From an uncultured Gemmatimonadaceae bacterium (GTDB lineage: Bacteria; Gemmatimonadota; Gemmatimonadetes; Gemmatimonadales; Gemmatimonadaceae): a stretch of 64,000 nt of DNA. Shown here piece after piece: positions 20,486 through 31,699 of this stretch (position 1 is its first letter; the number at the start of each line of letters is the position of its first letter). The position numbers were made by a program, and so were the translations under genes. The notes below the pieces were generated by a model that saw only the letters and a list, made by a program, of their open reading frames with translations, did no database searches and was not told the DNA's origin. The stretch spans positions 160,001-224,000 of the forward strand of contig CAWBOC010000009.1 of NCBI GenBank assembly GCA_963790305.1, written 5' to 3'.

Positions 20486-21326
20486 CGCGTAGCAGGCGCT
20501 CGATCTCTTCGAGCCGGCCATCGCTGGACGTTCCACCTTCCCGGACCCAACGCAACGCCGCCCGCGAGAGCGCTCGATAGGCATCGAGCGTGTCCGGATG
20601 CGCGCGCAGCGCATCCAGGTGCCGCCCAATCGTATCCGCGTCGCCGCGAACGATTGGCCCGGTGAGCGCGCCCGCTCCGGCGCCGCCGCGGAGATTCTCT
20701 ACTGCCGAGGCGAAGAGGGGATGTAGCGCTCGCCGCGCGACGTCGGGTGCGATTCCCACGCCCCGTAGCAGCTCCTCCGCCAGGCACATGAGCACCGTTG
20801 GAAAGTTCGAGGCGAAGACGGCGGCCGCGTGGTAGCGAGCCTTCTCGCCGGGCGGGATGTACAGCACGTTCGCGGCGACCGCCGCGGCGAGCCGCTCCGA
20901 GAGCTTCCGTGCCTCCGCATCGCCGTCAATGCCGATCCAGGCGCCGCGGAGCGTCTGAGGGGCGTGCTCGGGATCGGAGAGCGCGACGAGCGGGTGGAAG
21001 GTGCCACACGGGTGACCAGCGCGGCGTAGCGCGCCGAGGCCGGAGGGATCGGCGCTTCCGCTCGCATGGAGCACGACCGCACCCGGCGCGATCGCGGCGG
21101 TGGTCAGCGTCTCGAGGGCACTCTCGAGCTGCGCGTCACGGACCGTCACCAGCACGCACGTAGCGGAGCCTAACGATTCCGGCGGTGTGCCGGCGGTGAT
21201 CCCCTCAGCGGCGCTGGCGTGCCTGCCGTGGAGCCCGGCGACTTGCACCCCCCCGGCGCGAAGGGCGCGCGCGAGACTGCGGCCCGCCCGGCCGGCGCCG
21301 AGGATGAACACCCGGTCGCCGGTCAT
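20448..21326 (-). CDS. Rossmann-like + DUF2520 oxidoreductase (PanG-like)
   Basis: GAGRAG, HASGS, FHP, YHAAAVFASNF, ALTGPIVRGD motifs. Confidence 0.88.
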   Translation of the reverse strand: MTGDRVFILGAGRAGRSLARALRAGGVQVAGLHGRHASAAEGITAGTPPESLGSATCVLVTVRDAQLESALETLTTAAIAPGAVVLHASGSADPSGLGALRRAGHPCGTFHPLVALSDPEHAPQTLRGAWIGIDGDAEARKLSERLAAAVAANVLYIPPGEKARYHAAAVFASNFPTVLMCLAEELLRGVGIAPDVARRALHPLFASAVENLRGGAGAGALTGPIVRGDADTIGRHLDALRAHPDTLDAYRALSRAALRWVREGGTSSDGRLEEIERLLRVTDRSPSSPTVA

Positions 21327-22960
21327 GACGCGCCGGGCAGATCCTCCTGCTTGGCCGCCCGCTTGGCCGCAGCGCGGTCGAGGACCGTGCGCTGCGTGAC
21401 GTCACCGGCCAGGAGCTCGCGGGCCGTGATCACGACACGATCCTCCTCGAGCCGCCGCCTGAGCTCCGCCTGGACGCCGAAAACGTAGCGCGCGATCTCA
21501 TAGGTGAGGAGTCGCGTGACGAAGGGGCCAGCCGCCTCCCAGTCCTCGCGCGCGATCGCGATGCCGCGACGTTCCAGCAGCTGCCTGAACGCTTCAAGAA
21601 ACTCCGGCGTGACCCGGAAGTCTGGCGATGTCACCGTGCGCGACGTCTTGAGCGACAGAGCATACGCCGTGAGGGCGTCGCGGAATCGGCCGACTTGATC
21701 ACCGAGGGCACGCTGTAGCGCGAGCTCATGGTCCGCGGGATCATCGGAAATGAACAGATCGGGGGTGATCCCGCCGCCTCCGTAAATGACCCGGCCACCG
21801 TCAGTCCGATAGGCCGCGCGCTCCGTCAGCGGTATTTCGCCCGCCACGGTGGGCGAGGCCGGCTCCTCCGGCCCTTCCTCGGCATCCTCCTCGTCGGAGG
21901 CGCGGGGCTTTTGGATGCTGCGGCCCACCGGGGTGAACCAGCGGGCCGTGGTGAGCTTCAGCGCGCCACCATCGGGCATGGCGAATACCGACTGGGCGCT
22001 GCCTTTGCCGAACGTGGTTTCGCCGAGGATGACCGCGCGATCGTGATCCTGGAGCGCACCGGCGACGATTTCCGAAGCGCTCGCGCTCCCCTCATCGACA
22101 AGGACAACGAGCGGGAGACTCGGCCAGGGCTGCTGCTCCTCGTCGGCAAAGTCGCGCGTCGCCCCGTATGCGCGCCCGCGCATCGAGACGATCTCCTGGC
22201 CCCGGTTCAAGAAGAGATCGGAGACCGCGACACCCTGCTCGAGCAACCCGCCGGGGTTCCGGCGCAAATCGAGAATGAGCGCGCGAAGTCCGCGCTTCCG
22301 CATGTTGTTGATCTCGCGCTCGAGCTCGCTGGCGGTCTGTTCGCTGAACACGTCAATGTCGAGATAGCCGACGTTGCCGGGCAGCAGATCGGTGCGGCGC
22401 ACCGCGTGCACCTGGATGTCGGCTCTCGTGAGGCGGAACGGCAGCCGCGCCTCGAGACCGGGACGCTCGACCATGATGTTGACGCGCGAGCCCTTCGGCC
22501 CGCGAAGCTCGCGTGTCGCCTCGTCGACCGACCACCCTTCCGTCGACCGCCCCTCCATCTCGACAATGCGATCGCCCGTCTGAATGCCAGCACGCTCGGC
22601 GGGCGAATCCGGGAGCGGTGAGACGACCGTGATCCACCCGTCCCGCACGTCGATCTGAACGCCCAGGCCGGCGTATCGGCCGCTCGTGTTCTCGTTGAGC
22701 CGGGCGAGGCGGTCGCCGGAGAGGAACACCGTGTATGGGTCGTGCAACTCGCGCAGCATCCCTTGCAGCGCTTCGCGGTAAATGCTGTCCTGCGGAAGCG
22801 AATCGACGTACCGGTCGGTCACGTGCGAAACGACCTGATCGAAGAGGCGCGCCCCGTTGACGGTGCTCGCACTGCCACCGAGCCCGCGCTGAAGGAACCA
22901 TCCGCCGGTGACGAGCGCACCCGCCATCGTGGCGAGCGCAACGAACGCACGATACCGCAT
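21323..22960 (-). CDS. ctpA: S41 C-terminal processing protease with PDZ domain
   Basis: LDLRRNPGGLL, SASASEIVAGALQDHDRA, TFGKGSAQ, LTTARWFTP. Start uncertain (22960 or 22981). Confidence 0.93.
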   Translation of the reverse strand: MRYRAFVALATMAGALVTGGWFLQRGLGGSASTVNGARLFDQVVSHVTDRYVDSLPQDSIYREALQGMLRELHDPYTVFLSGDRLARLNENTSGRYAGLGVQIDVRDGWITVVSPLPDSPAERAGIQTGDRIVEMEGRSTEGWSVDEATRELRGPKGSRVNIMVERPGLEARLPFRLTRADIQVHAVRRTDLLPGNVGYLDIDVFSEQTASELEREINNMRKRGLRALILDLRRNPGGLLEQGVAVSDLFLNRGQEIVSMRGRAYGATRDFADEEQQPWPSLPLVVLVDEGSASASEIVAGALQDHDRAVILGETTFGKGSAQSVFAMPDGGALKLTTARWFTPVGRSIQKPRASDEEDAEEGPEEPASPTVAGEIPLTERAAYRTDGGRVIYGGGGITPDLFISDDPADHELALQRALGDQVGRFRDALTAYALSLKTSRTVTSPDFRVTPEFLEAFRQLLERRGIAIAREDWEAAGPFVTRLLTYEIARYVFGVQAELRRRLEEDRVVITARELLAGDVTQRTVLDRAAAKRAAKQEDLPGAS

Positions 22961-22985
22961 GCGCACCTCTGAAGGGGTCATTGCA

Positions 22986-23669
22986 TCACTGCTGGTGAAA
23001 CCCTGACGAGACCGCGAAAGTTTCGGGCCACGCATTGCTGAGCGCGGCTACGACACGGCTCAACACCTCATCTTCAGTGCCAGCGCCGTCAATGCCAACG
23101 ATCGGTCCCGCTTCGGGGTGGCTCGCCTGCCAGGCGGGATCGAGAAATCGTTCGAATGCCGCGTCGACGCGGTCGTGGAACTGGTCGCCGGCCCGCTCGA
23201 TTTTGTCGTGGCCCCCACGGCGATCGAGCCGAGCGCGGCGCTCCGCCGCGGACAGCGTCAGCACGATCGTGAGATCAGGGACCAGCCCCTGCGTCGCGAG
23301 CGCGTTCGCTCGGGCCACGAGCTCCGCGTCCAACCCACGTCCAGCGACCTGGTACGCATACGTCGAAAGGAAAAAACGATCGAGAACCACCGCCCGTCCC
23401 TCGTGCAGCGCCGGCTTGATCACACGATCAACGAGCTCGGCCCGCGACGCCATGAACAGAAGTGCCTCTGCCGCCGCGGTGAGCTGATACGGAACATGCA
23501 GCACCATCTCCCGAATCTTCTCTCCGGCGTCGGTCCCGCCGGGCTCGCGGAGGAGCATCGCGTCGACACCGCGGTCGGCGAGCCACTGGAGGACGCGCGG
23601 AGCTTGCGTCGATTTCCCCGCGCTCTCCTGCCCTTCGAGCACGATCAACCGGCCGCGCGACGGGCTCAT
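22986..23669 (-). CDS. tmk: Thymidylate kinase
   Basis: LEGQESAGKST, REPGGT, LDRFFLSTYAYQ, PDLTI. Confidence 0.94.
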   Translation of the reverse strand: MSPSRGRLIVLEGQESAGKSTQAPRVLQWLADRGVDAMLLREPGGTDAGEKIREMVLHVPYQLTAAAEALLFMASRAELVDRVIKPALHEGRAVVLDRFFLSTYAYQVAGRGLDAELVARANALATQGLVPDLTIVLTLSAAERRARLDRRGGHDKIERAGDQFHDRVDAAFERFLDPAWQASHPEAGPIVGIDGAGTEDEVLSRVVAALSNAWPETFAVSSGFHQQ

Positions 23670-24019
23670 CCGAGGGTAATGATCGGACTCTGCGCGCCCT
23701 TTTTGATCCCGTCGAGTATCCATTCGTTCGCGCGCATCATGAGCTTGTCGAAGTTCTCCTGCGCGACGGCGACTCCCTGATACACCCGGTGGCTCTGCAC
23801 CTTGCCCAGCAGCTCATCGAGCTTCCGTTCCATCTCCTCCGTGGGCTGCTCACCGCGCGCAATCATGGACTGTGCGTCCTCGCGGAGCTTCTCGAGCTCG
23901 CGCAAGAGCGCCACGGCCTCCCGGTCGGCGGAGAGCTCGTCGTTGGCGCGCTTTACCGCTTTGTATTCCGGGCTCTGCCCGATCAGGCGGCCGAGCTCTT
24001 TTGCTTTGTCTTCGAGCAT
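23666..24019 (-). CDS. YlbF/YmcA-family helical protein
   Basis: KAKELGRLIGQSPEYKA...D.EA..L pattern, all-helical, 117 aa. Confidence 0.7.
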   Translation of the reverse strand: MLEDKAKELGRLIGQSPEYKAVKRANDELSADREAVALLRELEKLREDAQSMIARGEQPTEEMERKLDELLGKVQSHRVYQGVAVAQENFDKLMMRANEWILDGIKKGAQSPIITLG

Positions 24020-24042
24020 CTAGGACCTCAAAGTGATAGACC

Positions 24043-24933
24043 TCATCGCCGGATTGCCAGCAAGACTCTCTCTCTTCCCGCCAAATCCCGTTCGACGCTC
24101 ACGTCGCGGTATCGACCGTCACTCATCGCAATCTCCGCCGCCAGTGAGGCGCGGCGCGTGTCGATCTCCAGGGCGAGGAGACCATCGGGCTCGAGTACGT
24201 CCGCGCCTTCGCGAATGATGGTCGTGATCGCGGCCATGCCGTTCCGGGCCGCAAAGAGCGCGACCGGGGGCTCCCAATCACGAACGCTTGCCGGCAGCGC
24301 GGCCGCCTCATTGTATGTGATGTACGGCGGATTCGACGCGAGCACCGATGCGCGCTCACCCCGGACCGGAGCGAGCAGCGACCCCTGTCGCAGGTCCACC
24401 GTGGCGCGCAGCGACTGCGAGAGCCGCGCCACGTTCGCGCGCGCACACTCGAGCGCCTCGCGGGAGACATCGGTGGCGATCACGTGGCTGTACCGCCCCT
24501 CGGTGGCGAGCGCGAGTGCGATAGCGCCCGAGCCAGTGCCAACGTCGATCGCGACGCCGTCGGGGGCACGGGCGAGAATGCACTCCACGAGGATCTCGGT
24601 CTCCTGACGAGGAATCAGCACTCGCTCGTCCACGTCGAGGGTGAGATGCCGGAACGCGGCACGACCCACGGCATACGCGAACGGCGCACCGCTCGCCCGC
24701 CGCCGTGCCGCTTCCCAGGCGCGGGAGCACAGGTCGATGGTCAGCGTCTCATCGCGATGCATGGCCGGCCAGAACCGTGGCATGTCGACGATCGCCGCGA
24801 CGATGTCACGCGCCTCCTGGGCCGCGTCCGGGATTCGGGCGCCCATTAGATGAGCGGACAGCGCGGCGACGATGTCCCCGACACGCGCAGGCGCAGCCGT
24901 GCCTAACGTCGGAAACACGAGGACGTCAGCCAT
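24043..24933 (-). CDS. prmC: Release factor glutamine methyltransferase
   Basis: [25 protein letters not shown]; downstream of prfA. Confidence 0.95.
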   Translation of the reverse strand: MADVLVFPTLGTAAPARVGDIVAALSAHLMGARIPDAAQEARDIVAAIVDMPRFWPAMHRDETLTIDLCSRAWEAARRRASGAPFAYAVGRAAFRHLTLDVDERVLIPRQETEILVECILARAPDGVAIDVGTGSGAIALALATEGRYSHVIATDVSREALECARANVARLSQSLRATVDLRQGSLLAPVRGERASVLASNPPYITYNEAAALPASVRDWEPPVALFAARNGMAAITTIIREGADVLEPDGLLALEIDTRRASLAAEIAMSDGRYRDVSVERDLAGRERVLLAIRR

Positions 24934-25990
24934 TGAGCCGCTCCTCGATGTCCGCCTGACGCAGCGCCTCGATGAGCGGAGCGATCTCCCCCTCGAGGAT
25001 CCGCGACAGCTCGTGCATCGTCAGGCCAATGCGATGGTCGGTCACGCGATTCTGGGGGAAATTGTACGTGCGAATCTTCGCCGAGCGATCACCGGTGCCG
25101 ACCTGCGTCTTGCGCATGCGGGAGCGTTCGGCCTCCTGCTCCGCCACCTTGAGGTCCAGGAGGCGTGCTCGCAATACCTCCATGGCGCGAGCGCGGTTCT
25201 GAATTTGTGAGCGTTGGTCCTGCTGGCTCACGACGATGCCGGAGGGAAGGTGTGTGATGCGCACCGCCGAGTCGGTGGTGTTGACCCCCTGGCCGCCCGG
25301 CCCCGAGGCGCGAAACACGTCGACGCGAAGATCCTTCTCCTCGATCTTCACGTCGACCTCTTCCGCCTCAGGCAGCACCGCGACCGTCGCCGCCGAGGTG
25401 TGAATGCGCCCCTGGTTCTCGGTGGCAGGCACGCGCTGCACACGGTGCACTCCGGATTCCCACCGCATGGCTCCGAACGCATCGTCCCCGTGCACCTTGA
25501 AGATGACCTCTTTCAGGCCGCCCAAGGTACCTTCGGACATGGAGATCGTCTCCCACTTCCATCCCTGCCGCTCGATGAACCGCGTGTACATGCGGTGCAG
25601 GTCGAAGGCGAAGAGGGCGGCCTCGTCGCCGCCCGTGCCAGCGCGAATCTCGACGATGGCGTCGCGCTCGTCGAGGGGATCACGCGGGATGAGGAGCGGC
25701 GTGAGCGCGCTCTCGATGCGCGCGATCTCGGCGCGCAGTCGCTCCTCTTCGGCGCGCGCTTCCGCGGCCATTTCGGGATCATCAACGCCAACGAGCTCGC
25801 GCACCTGCGCGAGCTCGCTCTCGGACCGCTCGAGGCGGGAGGCCAATTCCTTGACCGGTGCGAGCCGGCTATGCTCCCGTCCCAACTCCGCGAGCCGGCG
25901 CGAATCTCGCGCGGTGGCGGGATCGGACAACTCGCGCTCGATCTCCGCCGCACGCGTGATCGCGTCGGCGAGACGATCGCGAATGCTCAG
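24926..25990 (-). CDS. prfA: Peptide chain release factor 1 (probable CTG start at 25990)
   Basis: [18 protein letters not shown] (PxT), [14 protein letters not shown]. The frame is open to a CTG at 25990 overlapping the rpmE TGA. Confidence 0.95.
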   Translation of the reverse strand: MSIRDRLADAITRAAEIERELSDPATARDSRRLAELGREHSRLAPVKELASRLERSESELAQVRELVGVDDPEMAAEARAEEERLRAEIARIESALTPLLIPRDPLDERDAIVEIRAGTGGDEAALFAFDLHRMYTRFIERQGWKWETISMSEGTLGGLKEVIFKVHGDDAFGAMRWESGVHRVQRVPATENQGRIHTSAATVAVLPEAEEVDVKIEEKDLRVDVFRASGPGGQGVNTTDSAVRITHLPSGIVVSQQDQRSQIQNRARAMEVLRARLLDLKVAEQEAERSRMRKTQVGTGDRSAKIRTYNFPQNRVTDHRIGLTMHELSRILEGEIAPLIEALRQADIEERLNG

Positions 25991-26190
25991 CGTTCTTTAC
26001 CGTACTTCTGGCGGAAGCGCTCCACGCGGCCGGCCGTATCGACCAGCTTCTGCTTCCCGGTATAGAACGGGTGGCAGTTCGAGCAGATGTCGGTGTGGAT
26101 CTCGTCCTGGGTCGATCGCGTGACGAACGTATTGCCGCAGGCGCACTTGACCGTGGCGGTCGCGTACGTGGGGTGGATTTCGGTCTTCAC
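25987..26190 (-). CDS. rpmE: 50S ribosomal protein L31 (Cys-containing type)
   Basis: MKTEIHP.Y...CACG...[27 protein letters not shown] start. Confidence 0.96.
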   Translation of the reverse strand: MKTEIHPTYATATVKCACGNTFVTRSTQDEIHTDICSNCHPFYTGKQKLVDTAGRVERFRQKYGKER

Positions 26191-26223
26191 AAGTGCCTCT
26201 CGTGACAAAGATGGTAGCAGTGC

Positions 26224-26253
26224 AATATATCCTGGACGGCCCGTAAAAGACAA
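26224..26253 (-). promoter_or_regulatory. Candidate sigma70 promoter for the rpmE-prfA operon
   Basis: Minus strand TTGTCT-N18-TATATT in an AT-richer divergent intergenic region. Confidence 0.45.
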
Positions 26254-26273
26254 GGCGACAATGGCTTGTGCGT

Positions 26274-26302
26274 TTGACAGACGTTCGTGCGCGGGATAAG
26301 TT
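26274..26302 (+). promoter_or_regulatory. Candidate sigma70 promoter for the Crp/Fnr gene
   Basis: TTGACA-N17-TAAGTT, about 40 bp upstream of the ATG at 26340. Confidence 0.55.
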
Positions 26303-26339
26303 GCCGCGGCGGTCTCACCCTCGGAACGGCGTGTTCGCA

Positions 26340-27014
26340 ATGGAAATCGTAGAGTTTCTCGCAACCGTCCCGCTTCTCTCCGGCATTGGCCGCGATGAGC
26401 TCGAGCGATTCGCGGAAGTCACTCGGGAGCGCGACTACCCGAAGGGCAGCGTCATCGTGTTCGAGGACGATCCGGGCGATTCGCTGTTCATCGTGCGGGA
26501 CGGGCGCGTGAAGGTCGTACTGGTGGGTGAGGACGGACGCGAGGTCATCCTGAGCGTGCTCGGCGTGGGCGAGCACTTCGGCGAGCTGTCCCTCATCGAC
26601 GGTCAGCCGCGCTCCGCTCACGTGATCGCGATGGATGACGCGAAGCTCCTCATTCTGCGACGCGACGACTTCCGGCGCCGGGTGGCGGAGTCTCCCGCCG
26701 TTGCGTGGGCGATGCTCGTCGAGTTGTCGCGACGCCTTCGTCGCGCCGACGAGCAGATCGGCAGCCTCGTGCTGCTCGACGTGCATGGCCGCATCGCGCG
26801 CCTCCTGCTCGACGCGGCCGATGAAGGCGCCAACCCAACGATCACGAAACCGCTCACACATCAGACGATCGCGCAAATGATTGGCGCCAGTCGCGAGACG
26901 GTATCGCGCGCCATGCGCGAGTTTCAGGATCGCGGGCTCATCAGCGTAGAGCGTCGCCAGATCACGATCGCGGATCGTGGCCAGCTCGAGCAGATGGCGC
27001 ACGTGAGAGTCTGA
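26340..27014 (+). CDS. Crp/Fnr family transcriptional regulator
   Basis: cNMP-binding [35 protein letters not shown]. Confidence 0.94.
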   Translation: MEIVEFLATVPLLSGIGRDELERFAEVTRERDYPKGSVIVFEDDPGDSLFIVRDGRVKVVLVGEDGREVILSVLGVGEHFGELSLIDGQPRSAHVIAMDDAKLLILRRDDFRRRVAESPAVAWAMLVELSRRLRRADEQIGSLVLLDVHGRIARLLLDAADEGANPTITKPLTHQTIAQMIGASRETVSRAMREFQDRGLISVERRQITIADRGQLEQMAHVRV

Positions 27015-27018
27015 TTTC

Positions 27019-27140
27019 GGGGTCAGGAGTCAGGAGTCAGCGATCAGGGGTGTCAGGGTGAAGGTTCGAGGGACGGAAGGCGCGATTCCTGAAACCGATT
27101 CCTGACACCCCCTGATCCCAGACTCCTGACTCCTGACCCC
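27019..27140. repeat. Inverted TCAGGAG heptamer arms (same unit as 10978-11120)
   Basis: gggg-tcaggag-tcaggag-tcagcga-tcagggg-tgtcagg ... cctgaca-ccccctga-tcccaga-ctcctga-ctcctga-cccc. Confidence 0.92.
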
Positions 27141-27209
27141 ACTTACTAGGCGCCGTGACGACTGTCACCGCCCGACCCTCGCGACGACCGCGATCTTTCC
27201 TTCACCAAA

Positions 27210-28079
27210 ATGCTCCGCCTTCACTTCTGGGGTACGCGCGGGTCCATCCCTAGCCCGGGCTCACAGACCGTGCGCTATGGGGGGAACACGCCGTGCCTCG
27301 AGGTGCGCACGAGCGACGGGTGGCTGATCATCCTCGACGCTGGCACGGGGATTCGAGAGCTCGGCCGCTCCCTGATCGGACGGGCGAATGGGGCACCGAT
27401 TCAGGGGGACATTTTCCTCTCGCACGGCCACTGGGATCACATTCAGGGCCTGCCCTTCTTCGCTCCCATCTTCCAGCGCGGCAACCACTTCACCATTTGG
27501 GGCGCTCAGACCACCGAGGCCCGGGTCGAGCGGATCGTGCGGGACCAGATGTCCCCGGTGGTCTTTCCCGTGTCGTTCGAGGAGATCGAGGCGAGTATCG
27601 ACTTTCGTTCGGTATTGGGGGACAAGCTGGAAGGCCGCGGCTATACCGTGAGCGCGACGGAGGTGCGACACCCCGGCGGCGCCATGGGATATCGCTTCGC
27701 GGATGGAAACGGGCGTGGGCCTGCGCTCGTCTACATCTCGGACAACGAGCTGGGAGCGACGGAGAAGTACGATTCTCCGAACGATTGGCGTGACGATCTC
27801 GTGCGCTTCGTGCGCGACGCCGGCGTGCTCGTGCACGATGCGATGTACACACGCGAGGAGTACGACCATCATCGCGGCTGGGGCCACTCGACGTATCACG
27901 ACGTGGTGGCGCTGGCCCTCGATGCGAACGTCGAGCGATTGGTGCTCTTTCACCATAAGCCTGAGCGCTCGGACGATGAGGTCGATCAACGCGTGGACGA
28001 GTGCAAGGCGCTGGTGCGCGAGCGAGGCGGCACGACCGATGTGATCGCGGCCTCGGAGGGAATGACGCTGACCGTCTGA
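27210..28079 (+). CDS. MBL-fold metallohydrolase
   Basis: WGTRGSIP..YGGNTPC, LDAGTG, SHGHWDHIQG, WGHS, LFHH motifs. Confidence 0.9.
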   Translation: MLRLHFWGTRGSIPSPGSQTVRYGGNTPCLEVRTSDGWLIILDAGTGIRELGRSLIGRANGAPIQGDIFLSHGHWDHIQGLPFFAPIFQRGNHFTIWGAQTTEARVERIVRDQMSPVVFPVSFEEIEASIDFRSVLGDKLEGRGYTVSATEVRHPGGAMGYRFADGNGRGPALVYISDNELGATEKYDSPNDWRDDLVRFVRDAGVLVHDAMYTREEYDHHRGWGHSTYHDVVALALDANVERLVLFHHKPERSDDEVDQRVDECKALVRERGGTTDVIAASEGMTLTV

Positions 28080-28090
28080 GGGCCGGACGC

Positions 28091-30129
28091 ATGACGAGAC
28101 CAGAACCGCGGATCGCGATCTGAAGCCCCTGCTCATCGCGGCGCTCGGCCGAGCGATTCCGCATCTGCCCTCGGGACGTTCCGGGGACGACCTCGAGATT
28201 CGACGCGTTCCCTCCTTTCCCGCCGCGGCGGCACTGGATGCCTCGCGTCCCACCGTCGTCCTGGTCGACCGCGCGCTCCTCCACACGCTCGACGGCGACC
28301 TGAGACCGATGCGCGACCTCGCCGAACGTGCGGCGCTGGTTGGCGTGGGTGATCCGGGAGACGCCGAGCCTCCGGAGGACTTCCCGACCGAGCTGCTCTG
28401 CGGATTCGTCCCCGGCAATGCTGCCGCCGGGCTCGTCGCGGTGCAGCTCCGTGGCGCATTCCGTCACGCCGCCTCGCTCGTCGCCTATCGAGCGGTGCGC
28501 GCGCAGGAGCGCGACCGCCACCGGGAGCTCGCCGAGCTTACGCGCGTTGGCGTTGCGCTCACCACCGAGCGCGACTTGCTCTCGCTGCTCACCCTCATCC
28601 TCTCGCAGGCTCGTCGCATCACGACGAGCGATGCAGGATCGCTCTATCTCGTCGAGCGGGATGAGGCGGGCCATCCGGAAGCGCTGAGGTTCAAGCTCTC
28701 GCAGAACGAGACGCTGACCAGCGTGCCGCTCTCCGAGTTCACCGTGCCGATCGACAACTCGAGCCTCGCCGGGTACACCGCGGCGACGCACGAGCCGCTC
28801 GTCATCCCGGACGTGTATCTCCTGCCGGAGGACGTGAGCTATCGTCTCAATCGCAGCTTCGACGAAAAGTTCGGCTATCGGACGAAGTCGATGCTGGTGA
28901 TTCCGATGACGACGCACCGCGACGAGGTTGTCGGCGTGCTGCAGCTCATCAATCGCAAACGGCTCATGGGCACGCGTCTGACGACCCCCGAGGCTGTCGA
29001 TCGCGAGGTCCTGCCCTATGATGAGCGATCGGTGGAGCTCGTGTCGGCCCTCGCCGCGCAGGCGGCGGTGTCGATCGAGAACTCGCTGCTGTACGAGAAC
29101 ATCGAGCGGCTCTTCGAGGGGTTCGTGACCGCCGCCGTGTCAGCCATTGAAGCGCGCGACCCCGCCACGTTCGGTCACTCCGAGCGCGTCGCGACCATGA
29201 CGGTCAGCCTCGCGCGCGCGATCGATCGCGGCGGCACGGGGCAGTATCGCGGGACACGATTCTCTCGCACCCAGCTACGTGAGCTCCGCTACGCCAGTCT
29301 GCTGCACGACTTCGGCAAGGTCGGTGTAAGCGAGCAGGTGCTCGTGAAGGAGAAAAAGCTCTACTCCAGCGACATCGAGGCGATCCGCGGCCGTTTCGCC
29401 TTTCTGAAGCGCACCGCGTCACTGGAGTACGAGCGGCGCCGGGCCGAGTGGCTGCTTCGGAATGGGCGAGAGGGATACGATGCGCTGGTAGCCGAGCTCG
29501 AGGGTCGTCTTCGGCAGCACGAAGAGGAGCTGGATCGGCTGCTCTTCGCCGTCATCGCCGCGAACGAGCCGACGATCCTCACCGAGGAAGCTGGCGCCGA
29601 GCTGGCGTGTCTGGCGAAGCGAACCTTCCGCGACATCGATGACGTGGAGCGCCCGCTGCTGACCGACGAAGAGGTGCGGTTCCTCACGATCACGCGCGGC
29701 AATCTCGACGAGCAGGAGCGCCGCGAGATCGAAGCGCACGTAACGCACACTTTCCGGTTCCTTCAGCAGATCCCGTGGACGCGGGAGCTGCGCGACATTC
29801 CGCGCATCGCGTACGCGCATCACGAGAAGCTGAACGGCGAGGGATATCCGCGCGGCATTCGCGCCGAGGACATTCCGGTGCAGACGCGCATCATGACGAT
29901 CGCCGACATCTACGACGCGCTAACCGCCACCGACCGTCCCTATAAGCCCGCCGTCCCCTCCGAGCGCGCGCTGGACATCCTCCGAATGGAGGCGAAGGAG
30001 GGGATGCTCGACAAGGATCTGCTGACGACGTTCATTGAGTCGAGGGTGTATGCGCTCACAGATCCAAAGAGTTTTGGCGCGTACACGCTCGGAACTCCGC
30101 GTGAGGGCGTGCCGTCGATCGGCGACTGA
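28091..30129 (+). CDS. GAF + HD-GYP phosphodiesterase (start uncertain; probable frameshift near 28100)
   Basis: GAF motif YRTKSMLVIPM..VVGVLQLIN; LLHDFGK; HHEKLNGEGYP; IADIYDALT. The frame is open upstream of the ATG at 28309. Confidence 0.88.
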
Positions 30130-30160
30130 GTCTTTCTCAGGAGATCAACTTCCGAAGACG

Positions 30161-31699
30161 TCATCTCAGCTTTCCGTACCCTCCGCCCCCCGGCGTCTCG
30201 ATGGTGAGCACATCCCCCGGCGCCATCTCCACCCTGCACTTCGCCGGAAGCCACTTGCCGTTGAGCGAGTTCCGCCCGGCCGCACCGGCTGCGCCGCCGG
30301 CGGCTCCGCGCGGGGAACGGCGGCGGCGCTCGGTCAGGAGTGTCACCGTGCAGCGCTCGAGCACGCGATACCGCCTCACGACTCCATCGCCCCCGCGCGC
30401 CGCGCCCTCCCCGCCCGTCTTCCGGCGGATTGCGTATTCATCGATGCGGAGCGGGAGCGACCACTCGAGCGACTCGATCGGGGTGTTGCGAGTGTTGCTC
30501 ATCCCGACATGCACCGCGCTTGGACCGGGACCGCGCGAGGAGGCGCCCTGGCCCCCACCCAGTGTCTCGTAGAAGGTCCAGCCGGCGCCGCCGAGGGTGA
30601 CGTTGTTCATCGTCCCCTGCCCTTGCGCTGGCACATCGATGCCAGCGTCGGCGAGCGCCGCGAACAGCGTGTCGGTCATGCGCTGCGAGAGCTCGACATT
30701 TCCGGCGGCCACGGCGGCCGGCCACGTGGCGTTCATCACCGTCCCTCGTGGCGCGATCACCTCGACTGCGCGGGCGATTCCATCGTTCATCGGGACTTCG
30801 TCGTCGAGCATGGTGCGCAGCACGAATACCGCGGCCGCCCGCGCGACCGCCATTGGGGCGTTCACGTTCCCGCGCACCTGCGGCGACGACCCGGTGAAGT
30901 CGCAGACGAGGCGGCCCTCACGCTGACTGACCGCGGCGACCACGCGCACGTCATCTTCCGTCACCCCGTCGCCTTCGAGCGCATCCTCGGCGCGACCAAC
31001 ACGGTTGCCTAACGCTCGCACCGCCTCGCGAGCGCTCCGCTCCGCATAATCCATCAGCGCCTGGCCCGCCTGCTGCACGCGCGCAATCCCCTCTCGCGCG
31101 ACGAGCGCTCGCCACCCCGCGCGGCCCGCGGCGCACGCCCCGAGCTGCGCACGCATGTCCCCGCGCCGCTCGTCAGGCGTCCGCACGTTGGCGAGGAGGA
31201 TGGACATGACATCCTCGGCGATCCCACTTTGCGTCGCGAGGCGCACCGGTGGCAGAACCAGGCCCTCCTGGACGAGCTCGGTCGCCCCCTGAGGCATGCT
31301 TCCGGGGCTCATACCCCCCACGTCGGCATGATGCGCCCGAACCGCCGTGAACGCCGCGACGCGTCCCTCGTGTGCGACCGCCTCCACGAGCGTGAGATCC
31401 GGCAGGTGCGAGCCGCCGGCGAAAGGATCGTTGAGAATGAAGACATCGCCTGGCTGCGGCCGCCGCGCGATCACGGCGCGCACCGCCTCGGGCATTGCGC
31501 CGAGGTGAACGGGAATGTGAGCGGCCTGCGCCACCATGGCACCGCGAGCGTCGAACACCGCGCACGATGAGTCGCGTCGCTCGCGAATGTTCGGCGACAA
31601 CGCGCCGCGGATGAGCACCGTGCCCATTTCTTCCGCGATGGCCGCGAACGCGTGTGCCATCACCTGAAGATCGAGAAGGTCGAACGTCTCCGCGCTCAC
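30161..31699 (-). CDS. Hydantoinase B / oxoprolinase family subunit
   Basis: [48 protein letters not shown]. Confidence 0.92.
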   Translation of the reverse strand: MSAETFDLLDLQVMAHAFAAIAEEMGTVLIRGALSPNIRERRDSSCAVFDARGAMVAQAAHIPVHLGAMPEAVRAVIARRPQPGDVFILNDPFAGGSHLPDLTLVEAVAHEGRVAAFTAVRAHHADVGGMSPGSMPQGATELVQEGLVLPPVRLATQSGIAEDVMSILLANVRTPDERRGDMRAQLGACAAGRAGWRALVAREGIARVQQAGQALMDYAERSAREAVRALGNRVGRAEDALEGDGVTEDDVRVVAAVSQREGRLVCDFTGSSPQVRGNVNAPMAVARAAAVFVLRTMLDDEVPMNDGIARAVEVIAPRGTVMNATWPAAVAAGNVELSQRMTDTLFAALADAGIDVPAQGQGTMNNVTLGGAGWTFYETLGGGQGASSRGPGPSAVHVGMSNTRNTPIESLEWSLPLRIDEYAIRRKTGGEGAARGGDGVVRRYRVLERCTVTLLTERRRRSPRGAAGGAAGAAGRNSLNGKWLPAKCRVEMAPGDVLTIETPGGGGYGKLR

